From Nitrosopumilus sp. (GTDB lineage: Archaea; Thermoproteota; Nitrososphaeria; Nitrososphaerales; Nitrosopumilaceae): DNA of 64,000 bases. Shown here piece by piece: positions 60,001-64,000 of the stretch. How positions within the stretch are numbered: the first letter of the stretch is position 1; every line of letters begins with the position of its first letter. Location of the stretch: NCBI GenBank assembly GCA_965224195.1, contig OZ245040.1:1344001-1408000 (forward strand), read 5' to 3'. Made by a program: the position numbers and the translations under genes. The notes beneath the pieces are model-generated. The model worked only from the letters and a program-made list of their open reading frames with translations, was not told where the DNA came from and did no database searches.

Positions 60001-63000
60001 CAACAGGTACTACAGGCATATTAAAGATGATATGTGCAAAAGACTCTAAACTATCATAGTTTGCTACAGTGACAACTGCATATACAACTATGCGGTATGA
60101 CTCACCTGATGTCAGGCCTGTTATCGTATATGAGGTGTTAATCATATCACTGTCGTGTTCAGGTATACGATCACCGGTAGCAGGATTATAGACCTCCACG
60201 GTATATGATATATCATCAATAGTATAGAATGGATTGGCAGGTATTGCAGGTGCAGTCCAAGTGATTTCAGCGGCTGTGCCGTTTATGACATTGACTAAAA
60301 GGTTAGTTGGCGCATCAAGTGGTGGCGGCATATCAAAGGAGGTAGACAAGGCAATTGATTGCACATGGCTTGATCCAACGTCAGCATATGCAACTACATG
60401 TACAATGTATGACTTACCCAGTGTCAGGCCTGTTGCCGTATATGAGGTGTCAGTTACATGATGATTGCTGAGTTGAGAACCGTCAGAATCAACGACAGTC
60501 ACTTGATAACTCACACCATCAACGGTATAGAAGTCATTGGCATCCACTGTAGGTGCAGTCCAGGTGATTTCAGCGGCTGTGCCGTTTATGACATTGACTA
60601 AAAGGTTAGTTGGCTTGTCAAGTGACGGAGGTTCAGACACAGCAAAGGATACAGCTGCGGTAGGTTGGGAGTTCAGAACGGTTGAATCTGACAACAAGGC
60701 TTTTGCCTCTACTGTTACCTCATAAGATTTGCCCGGTATCAGGTTTGTTGCCGTATGTGTGGTAGTGGTGCCGTCAGATATGGTATACGGTACGGTGGTG
60801 CCAGCAGCAGTATCAGTGACATTCACGAGATAGGATACGGAATTAATGTCATAGAATGGATTGGCAGGTATTGCAGGTGCAGTCCAGGTGATTTCAGCGG
60901 CTGTGCCGTTTATGACATTGACTGAAAGGTTAGTTGGCGCATCAAGTGGCGGAGGTGTCGGCATATCAAAGGATACAGCTGTGGCAGATGATTCCAAATC
61001 ATCGCCTGAATCTAGCAAGACTATTGCCTTTACAGATGCATTATAGGACTTGCCCGGTATCAGGTTTGTTGCCGTATGCGTGGTGATGGTGCCGTCAGAT
61101 ATGGTATACGGTACGGTGGTGCCAGCAGCAGTATCAGTAACATTCACGAGATAGGATACGGAATTAATGTCATAGAATGGATTGGCAGGTATTGCAGGTG
61201 CAGTCCAAGTGATTTCAGCGGCTGTGCCGTTTATGACATTGACTAAAAGGTTAGTTGGCGCATCAAGTGATGGCGGCTGTACACTGTTAGTTACTGCAAT
61301 GGCATTGTTTAGTGCCGCAACTATTTGATTGCCTGAAACATCAAATACTGCCGCTTCTAGGATGTCCAGTTCTGGGACAGTCAATGCAATGACTGCCAGT
61401 CTTTGGGATTCGGTCAGCTTGATCTCTATGGAGGTGCTGTTGCCTACAGTTTCAATGCTGGCACCAGTCAGTACCGTGCCGGTACCATTAGCACTTCCCG
61501 ACTCACTGATGAGCAGTTTGGATAAATCAAAGGGGGCAGTAGTAGACAAGCCCTCGTTTGCTATTATCTCATCAAAAGTTATTGCCAAGACTCCTGTTTC
61601 CTCATCCAGTGCGGCTGACTCTAATTTTGGCGGGATGCTGTCAACAGGTACTGTATATTTAATAAAAGTAGTAGAATGTACCGAGCCCTCATAATTGTAT
61701 AGAACCAAGTAAATAGTATATGTACGTCCAGGATCAACGTTTTTAATTATTTGTGATGTTGGCCTATCATCTTCATATTTAAAGTCCTTTAAAGGCACAA
61801 GTCCTCTTGAGTCATCACCATCACCCAAAGTCAGGTCATAAAAAACTATATCACTGGATATTGAAAGCCATGACACCTTGATTGCATCACTGCCATCCAT
61901 TGCAGCAGTTAATTGTATGTCTTTTGGTGTTTCAGTAAATGGTATGCTTTCTAGAGGAGCTGATAATCCTTTATCAGTAACACCCCCATCAACACCAGGA
62001 AATATTAGACTATTAACACCACCACCAGAAGGATATATTGGAGTTACTTGAAACCTGCATATGCCGCCTATATCCAAATTATCTATAGACACAGATGTAA
62101 AGCCAGTATGAATCTCAGTATATTTTGTACCATGAGTAGCAGGACAATTGTATGAGATACTATAATAATCTAATACTTTATCACCTGAATTTGCTGGTGC
62201 TTTCCATGTTAAAGTGACTCTTTTGTTACCTGTTTTTTCTATCTCTAAATTTTGTACTTTAATCTGATCTGCTGATGGCGGTGTGCCTGCACCGCTATCT
62301 ACTACTACTACTGCTGCTGCTGGCATATTAAAGGAGGCAGATACCTCAACTGATTCCACAGTATAGCTTGATCCAACGACAGCATATGCAACTACATATA
62401 CATTGTATGACTCACCCGGTGTCAGGCCTGTTGCCGTATATGAGGTGCCAGTTATAGAACCACTTGATGCAGCACCAGAATCGCCAGAATCAACGACAGT
62501 CACTTGATAATTCACATTATTAATGGTATAATACTCATTGGCATCCACTGTAGGTGCAGTCCAAGTGATAGTAGCTGTGGTGCCAGATACAGCCACTGAA
62601 AGGTTGGTTGGAGCATCAAGTGATGGTGGTAGCGGCATATCAAAGGATACAACTGCGGTAGGTTGGGAGGACAGAACGGTTGAATCTGACAACAAGGCTT
62701 TTGCCTCTACGGTTACCTCATAAAATTGGCCCAATATCAGGTTCGTTGTATGCTCGGTAGTGCCAGCAGGTACGGTATACGGTACGGTGGTGCCAGCAGC
62801 AGTATCAGTGACATTCACGATATAGGATACGGAATTAATGTCATAGAATGAATTGGCCGGTATTGCAGGTGCAGTCCAGGTGATGGTAGCTGTGGTGCCA
62901 GATACTGCCACTGAAAGGCCAGTTGGCGCAGCAAGTGGTGGTGGTAGTACTGCTGCTACACTGTTAGTTACTGCAATGGCATTGTTTAGTGCTGCAACTA

Positions 63001-64000
63001 TTTGATTGCCTGAAACATCAGATACTGTTGCTGCCATGATGTCCAGTTCTGGGGTAGCCAATGCAATGACTGACTGCCTTTGGGATTCGGTCATCTTGAT
63101 CTCTATGGAGGCGCTGTTGCCGACAGTTTCAATGCTGGCACCAGTCAGTACCGTGCCGGTACCATTAACACTTGCTAACTCACTGATGAATAATTTGGAT
63201 AGGTCAACTGGAGTAGACAATGCATACTCGTAGACACGATTATGTTGAGCACCTACAACAAACATCTTTGTTCCAGCAGGGTTGAATGTCACACCATTTG
63301 GAGAGTTGTCCTGTGTACCTACTGGGAAATGGCGTGTATAGGAGGAGGAAGATAAGTCAAATGGAGTAGATAATGTGTACTCGTAGACACGATCATGTTG
63401 AGCACCTACAACAAACATCTTTGTTCCAGCAGGGTTGAATGTTACACCATATGGAGAGTTGTCCTGTGTACGTACGTGTAAATCGCGTGTATAGGAGGAG
63501 GAAGATACGTCAAATGGAGTAGATAATGTGTACTCGTAGATCTTCTCATTGGCATAACCTGCAACAAACATCTTTGTTCCGTCTGGGTTAAATGCTACAT
63601 CATGTGGAGAGTTGTCCTGTGAACGTACTAAGAAAGAGCTGTTTGCATAGGAGGCAGTATCCAGGTTAAATGGAGAAGATAATGTGTACTCGTGGATCCT
63701 CTCATGGGTATAACCTGCAACAAACATCTTTGTTCCGTCTGGGTTAAATGCTACATCATATGGAGACGTGTCCTCTGAACCTACTGAGAAAGATCTATTT
63801 GCATAGGAGGAGGAGGATAAGTCAAATGGAGTAGTTAATCTATACTCGTAGATACTATCATTTTGATTACCTACAACAAACATCAGTGTTCCATTTGTGC
63901 TAAATGCCACGCCTTGTGGAGAGTTGTCCTGTGTACCTACTAAGAAAGAGTTGTCTGTATAGGCGGCAGTAGACAGATCAAAGCCCTCGTTTGCTATTAT
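57086..64000 (-). CDS. Giant repeat surface protein/adhesin (beta-propeller repeats, 8 Fn3-like domains, Ig-like domains), 5-prime end beyond the window
   Basis: Frame open to 64000; 10 FNxDGTKMFV-type repeats; APTNL..ITWTAP domains; C-terminal RWAGY...LPKWIK domain. Confidence 0.88.
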   Translation of the reverse strand: MIANEGFDLSTAAYTDNSFLVGTQDNSPQGVAFSTNGTLMFVVGNQNDSIYEYRLTTPFDLSSSSYANRSFSVGSEDTSPYDVAFNPDGTKMFVAGYTHERIHEYTLSSPFNLDTASYANSSFLVRSQDNSPHDVAFNPDGTKMFVAGYANEKIYEYTLSTPFDVSSSSYTRDLHVRTQDNSPYGVTFNPAGTKMFVVGAQHDRVYEYTLSTPFDLSSSSYTRHFPVGTQDNSPNGVTFNPAGTKMFVVGAQHNRVYEYALSTPVDLSKLFISELASVNGTGTVLTGASIETVGNSASIEIKMTESQRQSVIALATPELDIMAATVSDVSGNQIVAALNNAIAVTNSVAAVLPPPLAAPTGLSVAVSGTTATITWTAPAIPANSFYDINSVSYIVNVTDTAAGTTVPYTVPAGTTEHTTNLILGQFYEVTVEAKALLSDSTVLSSQPTAVVSFDMPLPPSLDAPTNLSVAVSGTTATITWTAPTVDANEYYTINNVNYQVTVVDSGDSGAASSGSITGTSYTATGLTPGESYNVYVVAYAVVGSSYTVESVEVSASFNMPAAAVVVVDSGAGTPPSADQIKVQNLEIEKTGNKRVTLTWKAPANSGDKVLDYYSISYNCPATHGTKYTEIHTGFTSVSIDNLDIGGICRFQVTPIYPSGGGVNSLIFPGVDGGVTDKGLSAPLESIPFTETPKDIQLTAAMDGSDAIKVSWLSISSDIVFYDLTLGDGDDSRGLVPLKDFKYEDDRPTSQIIKNVDPGRTYTIYLVLYNYEGSVHSTTFIKYTVPVDSIPPKLESAALDEETGVLAITFDEIIANEGLSTTAPFDLSKLLISESGSANGTGTVLTGASIETVGNSTSIEIKLTESQRLAVIALTVPELDILEAAVFDVSGNQIVAALNNAIAVTNSVQPPSLDAPTNLLVNVINGTAAEITWTAPAIPANPFYDINSVSYLVNVTDTAAGTTVPYTISDGTITTHTATNLIPGKSYNASVKAIVLLDSGDDLESSATAVSFDMPTPPPLDAPTNLSVNVINGTAAEITWTAPAIPANPFYDINSVSYLVNVTDTAAGTTVPYTISDGTTTTHTATNLIPGKSYEVTVEAKALLSDSTVLNSQPTAAVSFAVSEPPSLDKPTNLLVNVINGTAAEITWTAPTVDANDFYTVDGVSYQVTVVDSDGSQLSNHHVTDTSYTATGLTLGKSYIVHVVAYADVGSSHVQSIALSTSFDMPPPLDAPTNLLVNVINGTAAEITWTAPAIPANPFYTIDDISYTVEVYNPATGDRIPEHDSDMINTSYTITGLTSGESYRIVVYAVVTVANYDSLESFAHIIFNMPVVPVVPVPPSADNTPPTFDSASLDAGTGKLTIIFDERIANTNFSDIDLTKLFLSAPNTVNQTPLTGAGIDTSGDSAEIEITLTERQRTNVIGNSTEPQLDIADSAVTDLFGNAIDASDDNTVNTVPDAVKPAFESAAFDAGTGMLTIIFDERIDNTPTTDIDLTNLFLSAPNTVNQVSLDGAAVQTTGNSTEILIQLTLPQISTVLANSLTPQLDIGVGAVRDISGNAIDAATDNAVTTTNAVQPPSPSADSTPPKFQSATLNEGTGVLAITFDETITNEGFDLSTAAHTDRSFSVGTQETSPTGMAFSTDGTKMFVAGATGKDINEYTLSDPFDVSTLSFVDPFPVSDQDATPADVAFNTDGTKMFVVGNAGGEIHEYALDTPFDVSSSVFANDSFPVSDQETSPTGMAFSTNGTKMFVIGAQYDRVYEYTLSVPFDVSSSVFADVSFPVSGQDATPADVAFNTDGTKMFVVGNAGDAIHEYALSAPFDISAPTHADTFSVSLQDANPTGVAFNPAGTKMFVVGNAGDAIHEYALASSLDLSKLFISESASSSGTVLSDATVKTVGNSNFIEIELTASQRESVIALTAPQLDILKGAVSDVSGNQIDASPDNHITITGTGRSSGGGSSSSSSTESTPPSFPTTSFDGKTNTIFIGTVGISPEPSRLDHTLDNPVLVQTGQSIPISLTMHDNISWENISHVELCLNKQISNNQICDSDTKLVWDKKYNDGNNNNNNSNSLKIIDPNGLIENASVSIAKVDVRVATWDYSVTFGKAMDTSDIQIYAWDDRRNALTFTIHNALTVTAQNDAQGSLSDSASSDTIASSDTIASSDDITSSCDAGKLLLDNGLCMDPEPGTFACLSEQVMNHDGTCLDASKTAIAQDDKVIKLLPPSSDTQSTDAIKKQNEMIKRWAGYSEFSATDAELIKSLGITNDLPPDVSLPKWIKKYLGEMVYKNQISVEQLKIVLSYMVGVLK

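Noticed and set aside
57222-63233. Numerous + strand ORFs opposite the giant gene, and similar antisense ORFs over core genes
   Set aside because: Antisense shadows of real coding sequence with no independent motifs.
58380-64000. Diversity-generating retroelement template/variable repeats
   Set aside because: No reverse transcriptase in the window, and repeat differences are not adenine-specific.

Overview
AT-rich archaeal chromosome segment from an ammonia-oxidising archaeon of the Nitrosopumilaceae type. The assignment rests on thaumarchaeal IPxWIK...WW and CFI-box surface domains, PolB1, TFB, archaeal PurP, ND-AspRS/GatCAB, and methylmalonyl-CoA mutase/epimerase/MeaB of the 3HP/4HB cycle. 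Core blocks lie at 1-18 kb, 26.2-38.7 kb and 41.5-51.5 kb. Three accessory regions interrupt them. (i) 18.0-26.2 kb, next to tRNA-Phe: IS5-type elements and decayed surface-protein genes; the codon third-position strand bias appears to flip across it, and it holds a 38-bp repeat / 35-bp spacer / 38-bp repeat lesion inside an Fn3 gene. (ii) 38.7-41.5 kb: small gene modules, including a RelE-like/wHTH pair, separated by recurring tyrosine-recombinase-like sites. (iii) 51.5-64 kb: a broken PIN toxin-antitoxin pair fused to a core-gene remnant, a poly-G-frameshifted Fn3/NHL gene, a cupredoxin without its copper ligands, and a giant repeat adhesin-like gene (>2300 aa) running off the window. Many frameshifts, truncations and tandem duplications suggest genome erosion, as in host-associated (for example sponge) lineages, but assembly indels cannot be excluded. 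All family calls come from motif recognition by eye; no searches were run.
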